DNA from: Octopus bimaculoides
Taxonomy: Eukaryota
Reading direction: 5' to 3'
DNA length: 64,000 nucleotides
NCBI RefSeq assembly: GCF_001194135.2
Contig: NC_068993.1
Coordinates: forward strand, 10,340,665-10,404,664
Both the position numbers and the translations under genes were made by a program. Numbering within the stretch: the stretch's first letter is position 1; the number at the start of each line of letters is the position of its first letter. This document shows positions 1-13,100 of this stretch, piece after piece. The notes under the pieces are model-generated. The model was not told where the DNA came from and made no database searches. It saw only the letters and a list, made by a program, of their open reading frames with translations.

Positions 1-115
1 ACTGGCAACGGCCACGCTCAAAATGGTGCATCTCATGTGCCACCCGCACAAGAACCAGTCCAGGGGCACTGGCAACGATCTTACTTGGCTTGCCGGGTCT
101 TCTCACGCACAGCCC
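1..115 (-). mobile_element. SINE family A (RTE-type tail), partial
   Basis: Reverse complement of 525-610. Confidence 0.8.
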
Positions 116-286
116 ATTTCCAAATTACCCTACATCATTTCAGTTCACTCCATCGTGTTGATGTTGTTTTTTTTTTGTCCCAAGTCCACCCTGGCTCCAG
201 CGAAGACCATCCATATATTTTCTTTTTTCTTCTGACTTAGTACGTCTAGGACTACAATATCTAATGTACTTTTATTATTTTTTAAG

Positions 287-359
287 ACAGTATGGTGTGG
301 TTCAAAGATGATTTAGCTGCTATTTTTAGCAGATTGAGCAAATATCTGAAGACTCTCTT
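287..359 (+). CDS. Candidate upstream TTF2 exon (SMVWFKDDLAAIFSRLSKYLKTL)
   Basis: T-rich tract + AG at 285-286, GTAAGT donor at 360, open frame phase 1 to phase 2. Joins the next exon in frame only via the alternative acceptor at 998/999. Confidence 0.3.
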
Positions 360-467
360 GTAAGTATTTTCAATAGACTGGTCTTCAATACATTGGAAAA
401 GTTCTGTCTTATCCACTTCTAAAACAATAGAGGTAAACATTGTTTTCCAAAAGGTCACTTCCAGCCT

Positions 468-810
468 AGGTGCCATCGCCTTTCTGGCACTTGTGCCCGC
501 GGCATGTGTAAGGACATTCAAGTGAGATCGTTGCCATTCCCCCTGGACTGGCTTTTGTGCGGGTGACACATAAAATACACCATTTTGAGCGTGGCCGTTG
601 CCAGTACCTGCCTGACTGGCCTTCGTGCGGGTGACACGTAAAAGCACCCACTACACTCTCGGACTGGTTGGCATTAGGAAGGGCATCCAGCTGTAGAAAC
701 TCTGCCAAATCAGATTGGAGCCTGGTGTTGCCATCTGGTTTCACCAGTCCTCAGTCAAATCGTCCAACCCATGCTAGCATGGAAAGCGGACGTTAAATGA
801 TGATGATGAT
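468..810 (+). mobile_element. SINE family A (RTE-type tail, ends in (GAT)n)
   Basis: aaaagcacccactacactctcgga...aggaagggcatccagctgtagaaactctgcc...catgctagcatggaaagcggacgttaaatgatgatgat; many near-identical copies in the window. Confidence 0.9.
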
Positions 811-994
811 ACACACATACATACATACGCCATCACGTATGTGCTCACACACTTCCACGCATGTATATAAATACATCGTTGATCTTGCTATTTGTTTTCT
901 TTTTCTATTTGTTGTGCTTCCCACTTATCGAACATGTTCAAGTAATCATGCTAAAGCCAACACCGGATTTCTTCTGTTTCTTTCTTTCACATAG

Positions 995-1148
995 ACAGCA
1001 GACGTGTAATAAAGAGTAAAGCCACCCTGATCATCACACCTGCTTCCCTGGTACACCAGTGGGGAAAAGAAGTTGAGGCCAGGTGCAAAAGCGGTTCGTT
1101 AGATGTCCTTATATACCATGGACCAAAACGAGAGAAGAATGTCAGTGT
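995..1148 (+). CDS. TTF2: TTF2 exon ([20 protein letters not shown]...LIYHGPKR; motif Ia)
   Basis: tttcacatag acceptor, GTAAGT donor at 1149; phase 1 to 2 (alternative start 999 gives phase 2 to 2). Confidence 0.9.
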
Positions 1149-4100
1149 GTAAGTAATGCTATCAGTCTCTTCTACTCTAGGCACTAGGCCCGAAATTTTT
1201 GGGAAGGGGACCAGTCGATTAGATTGACCCTAGTTTGCAACTGGTACTTAATTTATTGACGCTGAAAGGATGAAAGGCAAAGTTGACTTCGGTGGAATTT
1301 GGACTCAGAACGTAAAGACAGACAAAATATCGCTAAGTATTTCGCCCGGCGTGCCAACGTTTCTTATTTCTTTACTGCCAAAAAAGGCTAAACATAAAGG
1401 GGTCAAACAAGGACAGACAAATGGATTAAGTCGATTATATTGACCCCAGTGTGTAACTGGTACTTATTTAATCGACCCTGAAAGGATGAAAAGCAAAGTC
1501 GACCGTGGCAGAATTTGAACTTAAAACGTAACGGCAGATGAAATACCGCTAAGCATTTCACCCGGTGTGCTAACGATTCTGGCAGCTTGCTGCCTTAAGT
1601 AATCCTATCATTATCCCCATTATGATGATGATGATGATAATGATGGTGATGGTCATTATTATCAGTTCTCATCATTGCAATCACAATCATCACCATCAAT
1701 ATTGTGGCTATCTTCTTTGCCATTGACATAGTCTTTTTTATCATCATCATCGTCGTCATCATTATTGCCATCATCCTCATCATCCTCCTCTTTGCTGTCA
1801 TAAACATAGCCATCAACATCATTGTTATCATCATTATCATTATCAATATTATTTTAGGATGGATCACAGGTTGACAAATCTTTGAATTTACAACATCTTA
1901 TAATCTTTGTCTTCTTCCTGAAGTTTGTACTAATATATATCTATAAAATTCTTTCAGGATAACTTCTAAGGATGTTGTTCTCACTACATATAAGGTTGTT
2001 AGTTTGGAAATTGGACGGAAGGAAGACACTGCAATTGCTGACCGATCTCTCACTGAAGAAGAAGAGAATGAGGCAGAAAATGAGCCAGTAAGTAGAAATT
2101 TTATACTATTGTTGTTGCCAACCACTCCGAGAGTGTAGTGGGTGCTTTTACGTGCCACCGGCACGAAGGCCAGTCAGGCGGTACTGGCAACGGCCACACT
2201 CAAAATGGTGTATTTTACGTGCCACTCGCACAGGAGCCATATATATGTACTGTTTATACGTATTCCTATTTGTATATATATATGTATATGTATTTCTCTT
2301 CCATTTCAGGAAAGTCAAGGTAAATTGCCGCTGCTGTTGCAAATACATTGGAAGAATGTAATTCTTGATGAAGCTCATGATATTCGAAACTATAAGTCCC
2401 TCACTGCAACATCAGTTACTCGATTAAAAGCTTCGTCCAGGTGGATGTTGACAGGTACACCCATCCAGAATAAATTGTTAGATATGTATTCTCTACTCAG
2501 GTGAGAATTTTGCTTTCTTATATTTTCTACTTTTTATTTGCCTTGAAAAGCATTTGGAAATTTTTGAAGAATTTGGTTGGTGGAAAGAAGTAGGGCAGCT
2601 TATTCTTCTTGCTCCTCCCCTTCTTATTCTTCTTGCTTTTCTTCCTTCCCTTATTCTTCTTCCTCCTCTTCTTTTTTTCCACCTCTTATTCCTCTCTTTC
2701 TTATTCTCCTCTCCTCATTCCTCCTGCTCCTCCTTTTCTTGTACACCCTCTTCTTTCTCTTTTTCTTCCTCCTGTTCTTAATCCCCTCTTCTTCTTGCTC
2801 TCCCCTTATCCTTCCCCCTCTTATTCCTCCTTCCCTCATTCTTCTTTCTCCTCTTCTTTTTTTCCACCTCTTATTCCTCTCTTTCTTATTCCCCTCTCCT
2901 CATGCCAAAACAGACAGTGAAGCCTGGTGCAGTCATCTTCTGGCTTGCCAGCTCTTGTCAAACCTTCCAACCCATGCCAGCATGGAAAAAAGATGTTAAA
3001 TGATGATGATAATATGAGAATACATTTACATATCTCTACATGTATGCACACAGATATGTGGGTACATATCTGAAACTATAGTAGGAGACACCTGAGATTG
3101 AACTCAAAACCATGTATTTGCAAAGTGCCCTTCTTAACCATGTAACCCAAGTAAAACTCTGAATGTAAGCTGCTGGAACACATGTCTGGTTTCCATTCAT
3201 TTACCATCATGTGGTAACTTATTTACTTGTTTCCATTATTTTCCTCTTGAATTCAGATTCCTACGTTTTAGACCATTTGATGAATATAAAGTATGGAAAA
3301 ATCAGGTTGAAAGCAACGAGAGCAAGTATTTCCTTTCTTTTATCTTCTACCTTTTTTCTTCCTTTTTTTTTAAAGTTTGGCACTTATGGCAATCACAATG
3401 AGAGTGATTCAGACAATCAAACTGATGAAAATGATAAGAGAAGTTGTGATTTTGGGTGAACAAATGGCAGTTAAGAGATAGGCTTCTTTATCTCCTGAAT
3501 TATTTCTGTGATTCTGTCCATTAGTCTACTTGCATTAAACAAATGTGGTAGTTGAGAGAAAGGTCTATTATTGTTATTCTCTTGGAGTTTTTGTGATTCT
3601 GTCCATTCGTTTACCTGCAATTGTTACTCTTCACCTGTATTTACAACGATTTATATTTTTGATCATAAGTTCAAGTGGAGGTTAAAGTCAGACACAGGGG
3701 CTCAGGTCTGCGAGGGTTAATAGTGATGATGATAATGAATTTGATAATGATGACAATGGCAATTTGATACTGTTGACAATGATAAGGATGATATTGATAA
3801 GGATGGCAGTGGTGGTGGTGACGATAATGATTTTACTGATCATGATGATAAGGGTGTTGATGATGATGATGATGATGATGACAGTGACAACAGCATCCTC
3901 ATCATCTGCTTCTGGTTTTTCTCTTTCTTACTCCCCCTTGAAAAGGAAGGGTTAAATGTGTTTAGTACAGGATTTAGAGTTGAAAAGTAGTAAGGATATA
4001 GAGAAAAAGATCAGGTGTAACAGGTGACTTGTTTTTAGAGGATGAAATACCATTATAATAATGTAGATCATCATTATCGTTTAACGTCTGCTTTTCATGC

Positions 4101-7100
4101 TAGCATGGGTTGGACGATTTGACTGAGGACTGGTGAAACCAGATGGCTACACCAGGCTCCAATCTGATCTGGCAGAGTTTCTACAGCTGGATGCCCTTCC
4201 TAACGCCAACCACTCCGAGAGTGTAGTGGGTGCTTTTACATGCCACCGGCATGAGGGCCAGTCAAGTGGTACTGGCAACGGCCATGCTCAAAATACTGTT
4301 TTTTATGTGCCACCTGCACAGGAGCCAGTCCAGTGGCACTGGCAATGACCTCATTCGCATGTTTTCTAACGTGTCACCGTGTTCTCTGCTGTTTGCTTTC
4401 TTTTACAGTGTTTGTCAAATAACCGTGATCTCTTTGCTTGACTTTTGTTACAGGAATGGGTAAAACTCGCTTGAACATCATTGTGCAATCTTTATTGTTA
4501 AGAAGAACCAAAGATCAGACTGTGAATGGGAAACCACTGGTAAATAGGATCTGTTTCCTTTTCTTTCTTTTACCAATTTTCTTACAAACTGCTATGCTAC
4601 TTGGCAGTGAGACATGAGCTGAGACTACTGGAGGCTTGAAAGAAATGAAGCCAGTATGCTCCACTGGATGGATAATGTCAGAGTGCATATATGACAGTGT
4701 AAGTGATTTTAGAGCAAAACTGGGTATATGAGGCATTAGAATAGTGTTCAAGAGAGAAAACTGCACTGGTATGGCCATATGTGTATGAATGAAGACAGTT
4801 GCATCATGAGGTGCTGATCTCTAATTGTGGAAGGGGTAGACCCAGGAAGATGTAAGATGAAGCGGTGAGAAAGGATCTCCAGCCTTTGGGACCCAAAAGG
4901 AATGACAGGACCAAGACACCCGATTGTCCTTGTGTACAGGCATGTCCCCTGCATTTCTCTGCAGCTGAGCTTTCCTAATCTTGCAGGCTTGTGGGTACTG
5001 GTGCCACATAAAAAAAAAGCACCCATGCCAGTGTCATGTAAATGCACCCCTGTCTAAAGAGGTTGGCATTAGGAAGGGCATTCAGCCATAGAAACCATGC
5101 CTAAGCAGGCATGGAGCTTGGGCAGCTAGCCTGCTCCTGTCAAACCATCCAACCCATGCCAGCATGGAAAACAGGCGTTAAATGATGATGATGAAGTAAT
5201 AAGTGTCACACAAACTGAAACTGCAATTCAGGTTCAATGCCAGATGTTGTGGTCACTTCTCTTTTACTCTTCTAATGGCCTTGGAAAAGTTATGAATGTC
5301 AGCTATGGCACAAGAAAGGCATTCAGTATAAACTGGAAAAGTTGGTGTTAGGAAGGGCATCCAGCTGTAGAAACCATACCAAAGCCTACACTGAAGCATG
5401 ATGCATCCATGATGATGATGATGATGATGCTGCTGCCACAACTCCAAATTTCCTGACTACGCTGAAATCAATGAGGATTGTTTAATCCATCATCATTATC
5501 ATTTAACATATGTTTCCATCTGAAATGGGTTGGACGGTTTTACAAGATCTCAATTCTGTGGTAGTAGGCGGGTCTTCTCAAGTACAGCAATGTGTCACAT
5601 GACACAGACCTCTATCATCTCCTTTGTAAGGTTCCGTATTAATTACTAAGGAAAATAAAATACTATATGATTTTGCCCTAGAGACAGTATTTCTGAACAA
5701 AAGATGGGTTAGTCAAGAAGGAAATGTCTTGGAATATAGTTCAGCTTGATAAGAGCGTGGTCTAGACAACAACGCTGACAAAAACAACAACAAAGAACTG
5801 ATTTAAAGAAAAATATTTATTTCAGATTAAAATGACCAAGAAGAAACTATTGAGCTACAAGCTGAAGTTGTCACCCAAGGAACAAGAACTGTACAATAAG
5901 ATTTTCAAAAGAATTCAGTGAGTATAGTTTGGAATTAGTTTCAGCTGCCGATTCCTTATTACTTTACCAATATTCGCACTCTTTTTTTTTCCTCTTTTTC
6001 TAAGTTTATTCATGCATATGGAGTTGATAGAAAAGGAACAAGGCTTACAATCAGTCGATGAGAAACTGAAAGAAGCCCATCATATGTGTGTGTGTGTGTG
6101 TTTGTATTTGTGTTTGTCTCCACCATCACCACTGCTTGATAATAGGTGTGTTTACGTCCCCATAACTTAGTAGTTTGGCAAAAGGGACTGATAAAATAAG
6201 TACCAGACTTTAAAAAAAAATTCAGTGCCCCAGCATGGCCACAGTCTAATGACTGAAGCAATTAAAAGAATAAAAGATATATACTCTTTTACTTGTTTCA
6301 ATCATTTAACTGCGGCCATGCTGGAGCACCGCCTTTACTCTAGCAAATCGACCCCAGGACTTATTCTTTGTAAGCCTAGTACTTATTCTATAGGTCTCTT
6401 TTGCCGAACCGCTAAGTTACGGGGACGTAAACACACCAGCATCGGTTGTCAAGTGATGTTGGGGGGACAAACATACACATACACATATATACATATATAC
6501 ATACATATACAACGGGCTTCTTTTAGTTTCCGTCTACCAAATCCACTCACAAGGCTTTGGTTGGCCTGAGGCTATAGTAGAAGACACTTGCCCAAGGTAT
6601 CACGCAGTGAGAATGAGCCCAGGAACCATGTGGTTGGTAAGCAAGCTACTTACCACACAGCCTCTCCTACGCCTATATATATATATGTGTGTGTGTATAT
6701 AAATATAGGGATGGTATTATTAAAATACCATCACGAGTACAGGCAAATTAATAAAGTATATACATACAATATTAGATATGTACATATATACACAAGAGCA
6801 CTACATGAGCACCTAGATTTGTGACTATTCGGTGGTACGGAAGTATTTTTGACTTCTATTTTTTAGTGATGTAGGTGCTCATGTAGTGCCCTTGTGTACA
6901 TATGTACATATCTAATATTGTAGGTGTATATTATAGATTAAAAGGGCTGAAGACAGATACTTTCCTCTTTGGCCAAACCCTCAACATTTTCAAGTTTCAC
7001 TTGGAAAAGAAAGTGAGAATTGAGAAGAAAGTTCTGCCCCACCCCGCCAGCAATTTTGTTAAAAGGTGGATGAATGTTACAAGAATGGGCCTACTCTAAG

Positions 7101-10100
7101 CATGTGCCTATAAAGTGGAAAGGGTGCTGGTGGTCAAGAGTATCGTAGACTTGTGGGGGTTTCATGAGCAGTCTTAGGAGGTCTCCCTCTTTTGGGGAAT
7201 TTTGTTACGTATTATTGCTTCTTTCATTGTTTACATGACTTTCAGGAAACCCTACATCGTATTTGTCCTGTGTTGTCCACAATGTTTTTTTATATGTAAA
7301 CCCTTTGTGGTTAATAAAGAAACCATTATTATAATTAATTAATCAATTATTATTATTATTATTATTACAACAGATCAGTGGTCCAAGATTACATTCGCTC
7401 ACATATGGACAAGGATTCACTTCTTGCAGATAACTCTTCATCCTCTAAGAATCATCACCAAAAACAAAGCACTTCTTCTCAAAGTAGATCCACAACTACA
7501 AAGAAACCGACTGGTAAAGATGTCTTGGTGTTTCTACTCAGATTAAGACAGTGCTGTTGTCATCTTAGTTTGTTGAGAGAAGTAAGTGACTGCAGTTTCA
7601 AGCCTTGCTTACACCAGTGTCTTGTTTTTTTTTTTTTAAATTTTTATATGAGGGTGGGCTGGAAGTTCATATGTTGATTATAAAGGAGTGATGGTTAGAG
7701 CTGTGAAATCTTGCATGCTTTAATTTCAACTCCTTTTATTAATAGCTGCATTTTATTTACATTATTTACATTTGACAGATATTTGTCCTCAGCTTGTTTG
7801 TTGTTAACACAACATTTAGGATGATATACCCTCCAGCCTTCATCAGGTGTCTTGGGGAAATTTCAAACCTGGGTTCTCGTTCCTAAGGTATTTTTTCAAT
7901 GTTGCTGTTGTTAAGGTCACTGCCTGGATGCACATAAAATATGTACCAGCTGAGCACTGGGGTTGATGTAATTGACTAGTTCCCTTCCCCGGTATTTCAG
8001 GCCTTGTGCCTAGAGTGGTAATTATTATTATTATTGTGGTATTGAGCAGAATATTTGCTGTAGCCCATCTTTTATACCAAGACAAAACATGTTTATGAGA
8101 GCATTTCCAATCAGTTAAGAACAGAAGCCATGAGAACCGCTGCCTATTAGATCTATGAAACCTTATTACAGATGTTATTACCTTGTTGTTGCTTTGTTTT
8201 TAAATTTCTTTTTCTTTTGTTTCAGTCAATTGATAAAGAGATGACTGAAGAAATTGGTCTTGACTTGTCTCTGACTGAGCAGCTGAACGACCTAACCTTA
8301 CAAGAGAATGATTTAAAGGGATATCTTGATGAAGATTGTAAGAATGAAAACAAAAACCAACAGGATGTTAAACAGAAACACAGTGATATCTTCTGCCTCG
8401 AATCTCAGAGTACAAAAGTGAATAATACTTTTCAGTTATATGTATTGTAGAGAAAAAAGTAAAAGAGAGGTTGAGTTTTTAAAAAATCTTTTCAGCAATA
8501 AAAGGCATGGGTGTGGTCGTGTGGTTGAGAACCTCACTTTGTAACCATTCGGTTTCGGATTCAGTCCCATTGTGCAGCACACCTTGGGCAAGTTTCTTCT
8601 ACTATAATCCTGGGATGACCAATGCCTTGTGAGTGAATTTTGCAGACAGAAGCTATGGAATTCGATCATACATATATATTGTTGTGTTCTCATCCAAGAT
8701 GAAGACGAGCACCAATGTTACACATGACAGGCTAGATAATTGCTGAGATTTCTCTTTGTATGAAACCAATGGTAGCCTTCATAAACCCACAAATAAAGTG
8801 TGTATGTATATATATATATATGTATCATCGTCGTCATATCATTACCATTTAGTATCTGTCTTCCATGCAGTCATGAGTTGGATACTTTGACAGGAGCTGG
8901 CAAACCCCAGAGCTGCGCCAAGCTCCGCTATCTACTTTAGCATGATTTTTATGGTTGGATGCCCTTCCTAATGCCAACCACTTTACAGTGTAGTGGGTGC
9001 TTTTTTACAAGGCACCAGCACCAGTGGGGCCACCAAGTAACTTGCAAGTGTCCTCAACTGAGATGGGGAGTGGTATTCAGTGAGGTAGTTATATGTATGT
9101 GTGTGTATATGTTTGTGTCTGTGTTTGTTACCCCAACATCGCTTGACAACCGATGGTGGTGTGTTTACGTCCCCGTAACTTAGCAGTTCGGTAAAAGAGA
9201 CCAATAGAATAAGTACTAGGCTTACAATGAATAAGTCTTGGGGTCGATTTGCTTGGCTAAAGGTGGTGCTCCAGCATGGCCACAGTCAAAAGACTGACAC
9301 AAGTAAAAAGGAAAAAAAAGAGTGTTTTGCTAGTTTTCAGTGCACACATGCACACAACCTATGCTCCCTTATATACAACCATATACACAGATTTATTATT
9401 TATTCATTATTTTGTTGTTTTTTTTTCAGATCAAAGCACTTATTGAGATGCTGCAAGAAATCTATAAGAACACAGAAGGCAGTGTCAAATGGTATTTATA
9501 TTGTTTTGTATTTTTGTATTGACTTTGTGTAGATGCAGGCATGGCTTTGTGGTTAAGAAAGGTGCTTCACAACCACATGTTTTCAGATTCATACTCACGC
9601 AGTGAGTATGAATATATATATGTGTGTGTGTGTATATATGTGTTGATCATCATCATCATCATCTGCTTTCCATGCTGGCATAGGTTGGATGGTTTGACTG
9701 AGGACTGGCAAGCCAGAAGGCTGCACCAGGCTCCAATCTGATCTGGCAAAGTTTCTACAGCTGGATGCCCTTCCTAACGCCAACCACTCTGAGAGTGTAG
9801 TGGGTGCTTTTACGTGACACCGACACAAGAGCCAGTCAGGCGGTGTATGTATATGTATTGGTGTGCATGTGTGTGTATGCATATGTGTACCTGTACATGT
9901 ATATACATATATGTGACAGTTCTCTCGTCTATTTATCTCTAGTTATCTGTCTGGTCCCATTTAAAGAAATAAATTTGTTATGGTACTATCTGATGATTAT
10001 TTTATGGCTCACTGACTTCTGAAACCATAGCCGTTTAAATCTAGTTAAGGCTTGGTGTTTTCACTCTCTTCAAGGATGCGTAGTTGGGAGGGTCAGTCAT

Positions 10101-13100
10101 ATCTTGTGGCATTTTTTCGTCCAAGCCAAACTTTTAAAAGGTTTTTTTCATGATGCTGTTGAACTATGCATCAATAAAAAATGTGTGTGAAACAACTGTA
10201 GTGAACCTACAACCCATTTGTGTTCTTGTTTTATATATATCTATATATAGTTATTTTTTTAACTATAGCTTTTGATTTGTATGGATTCTTAACCCCTTTT
10301 CAACTAGATGAGAGGCGTTACTGAAAAGTTCTTGGCTTTGAGTAAAAGAAAATATTCCCCTCTCAGAATCACACACTTATTGCAGCAGTCCTTCTGTATT
10401 TCTAAGCCCTGTAAAAGAACTTGGACAGTTGGGCCTCCAACCAGGGATTTCATGATATCCTTAAAACCAGGAACTTTACAGTGCCTCCTTGTATGTGTGT
10501 GTATGCGTGCTCACACACACACACACACACACTGTGATTGCCTCAGTAAACAACTCTTCCTGAAAGCAACCATACTGCTTTCACAAATCTCAATATAAAA
10601 TGAATAAATAGGCGCAGGAGTGGCTGTGTGGTAAGTAGCTTGCTTAGCAACCACATGGCTTCGGGTTCAGTCCCACTGCGTGGTACCTTGGGCAAGTGTC
10701 TTCTACTATAAGCCTCAGGCCGACCAAAGCCTTGTGAGTGGATTTGGTAGATGGAAACTGAAAGAAGCCTGTCGTATATATGTATATGTATGTATGTGTG
10801 TTTGTGTGTCTGTGTTTGTCCCCCCCCCCACCATCGCTTGACAACCGATGCTGGTGTGTTTACGTCCCTGTAACTTAGCAGTTCGGCAAAAAGAGACGAT
10901 AGAATAAGTACTAGGCTTACAAAGAATAAGTCATGGGGTCGATTTTCTCGACTAAAGGCGGTGCTCCAGCATGGCCGCTGTCAAATGATTGAAACAAGTA
11001 AAAGAGAAATAAGATAATTTTTGTGCAGTATACTCAGCCAGTTGTTCTATTTTTCCTTTCTTTCCCTTGTAGTGTTGTTGTATCACAGTGGACAAAATTG
11101 TTGATGATTGTAAAATACCACATCACGCAGGCTCATTTTACGTATCATCTCATTGATGGGGCCATTCCTCCAAAGAAACGGTCAGAGATTGTTGATGACT
11201 TCAACACAAATCCAAACGGTGCAAAGGTAAGTAACTTTATATCATCATCAAGCATCTGATTTCCATGCTGGCATCGGTCAGACGGTTTGACTGGAACTGG
11301 TAAGCTAGAGAGAAGGACATCGTTGTTATAATGTTCACTTCTCCATGCTTGCAACGGTCAGATGGAATTTGCTGTGCCAGATTTTTAACAGCTGGATACC
11401 TTTCCTGTCATCAACCTTTACCTCGTTTCCAAGCATGGTAATATTTCCCTATATCTGTCTTTTACTTGTTTCACTCATTTGACTGTGGCCATGCTAGATC
11501 CCTACCTATCTAGACATATTCTTCATAGAAGACTGGAAAACTAACAACACTGCTTGTATAACAGTGACACTCATTTACGACCATCACATGGTATCAAAGC
11601 AAGGGTACAACTTTGCCTGGACTTGTATTTTCGAGGGAAACTTTCTAGGTTCAATCCCGTTATTCACGACAGATAGGAGTCTTTACACAAATATATATTA
11701 AACTAAAGTCTTATATTCCAGATATTACTTCTGTCATTGAAAGCTGGTGGTGTTGGTCTGAATTTGATCGGCGGCAGACATTTGTTTTTACTTGACAATC
11801 ACTGGTAAATATTTTTATTCTTTCTGTTTCTTTTCTTCTTCTGATGTTGAAACTAGAATGTTCAATCAGCCAAATTACTTGCTTATTGAATTAATAAGTG
11901 GCTGAGTATTTTTCAGGTACACGTACCTTTTAATGCAATTTTCAGATAGAATTTACCTGTTAAAATGCACGACAAGGGTATACCTTTGAATTGCAGATAT
12001 AATCCACTCAATAGGCTTCTATGCAGTTTCTATCTTCCCAGTTTCACTCTGAGAGTTTTGTTCAACCTTGGTCAAAAGAAAATGACATTTAACCAAGATA
12101 CTATACAGTGTGATTGAACCTGGGACATTGTGGTTTTAAAGCAAACTTCTTAACCATTCAGCCATATTGCATACCTGCATTATACAGGCATGCATACATG
12201 TCATCATCATCACCATTTAACTTCTGTTCTCTGTGCTGGCATTGGGCTAAACAGTTCGACAGGAGATGCCAGTGAGTTGTACCAGACTCTAGTTGTCTGC
12301 TTTGGCATGGTTTCTACTGCTGGATGCCCTTCCCCGTGCCAACCACTTTACAGAGTGGACTGTGTGCTTTATAGAAGACACGTCAAGCCATAGTCATGGC
12401 CAGTGACATGTAAAAGACACCCGTGTTGGTGACATGTAAGAGGCACCTGTACTGGTGACATGTTAAAAGCACCCCTCCTGGTAACACGTAAGAGGCACCT
12501 GTGTGAGTGACATGTTGGAGACACCTGTGCCAGCGACACATAAAAAGGCATCCAGCCTTAGAAACCAAGCCTGGTACAGCACTCCAGTTTACCAGTTCCA
12601 GTCGAACCATCTAACCCATGCCAGCATAGAAAATGGACAGTAAATGATGATGATGATCGACTCATGTTGTAGATGAAAGATGGGAGTTCTACAATTCCTT
12701 GTTGAACAACCTGCATACACAATATGTTTATTGTGATTGAATATTAGTGCTGAAATTATAGCTTACACCCTCCATCAAATTAACATTACCTGTACGGGTG
12801 CACTAAGATGTTTTGTTCATGAACACAATATACTGCCAGGTCTGGTAATTGAAACTATGGTCTTGCAGCTGTGAGTGCAACACCCTAACCACTCGGCCAC
12901 TCACCATCACTCCATTTATACATTATGCATCTTTTCATCATCATCATCATCGTCGTTTAACGTCCGCTTTCCATGCTAGCATGGGTTGGACGATTTGACT
13001 GAGGACTGGTGAAACCGGATGGCAACACCAGGCTCCAATCCAATTTGGCAGAGTTTCTACAGCTGGATGCCCTTCCTAACGCCAACCACTCAGAGAGTGT

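Noticed and set aside
2554-2999. Leu/Phe/Ser-rich and Arg/Glu-rich ORFs
   Set aside because: Translations of a CT-rich low-complexity tract.
3326-3331. GT donor for the TTF2 exon starting at 3257
   Set aside because: Gives phase 2, incompatible with the downstream acceptor; the GC donor at 3322 fits.
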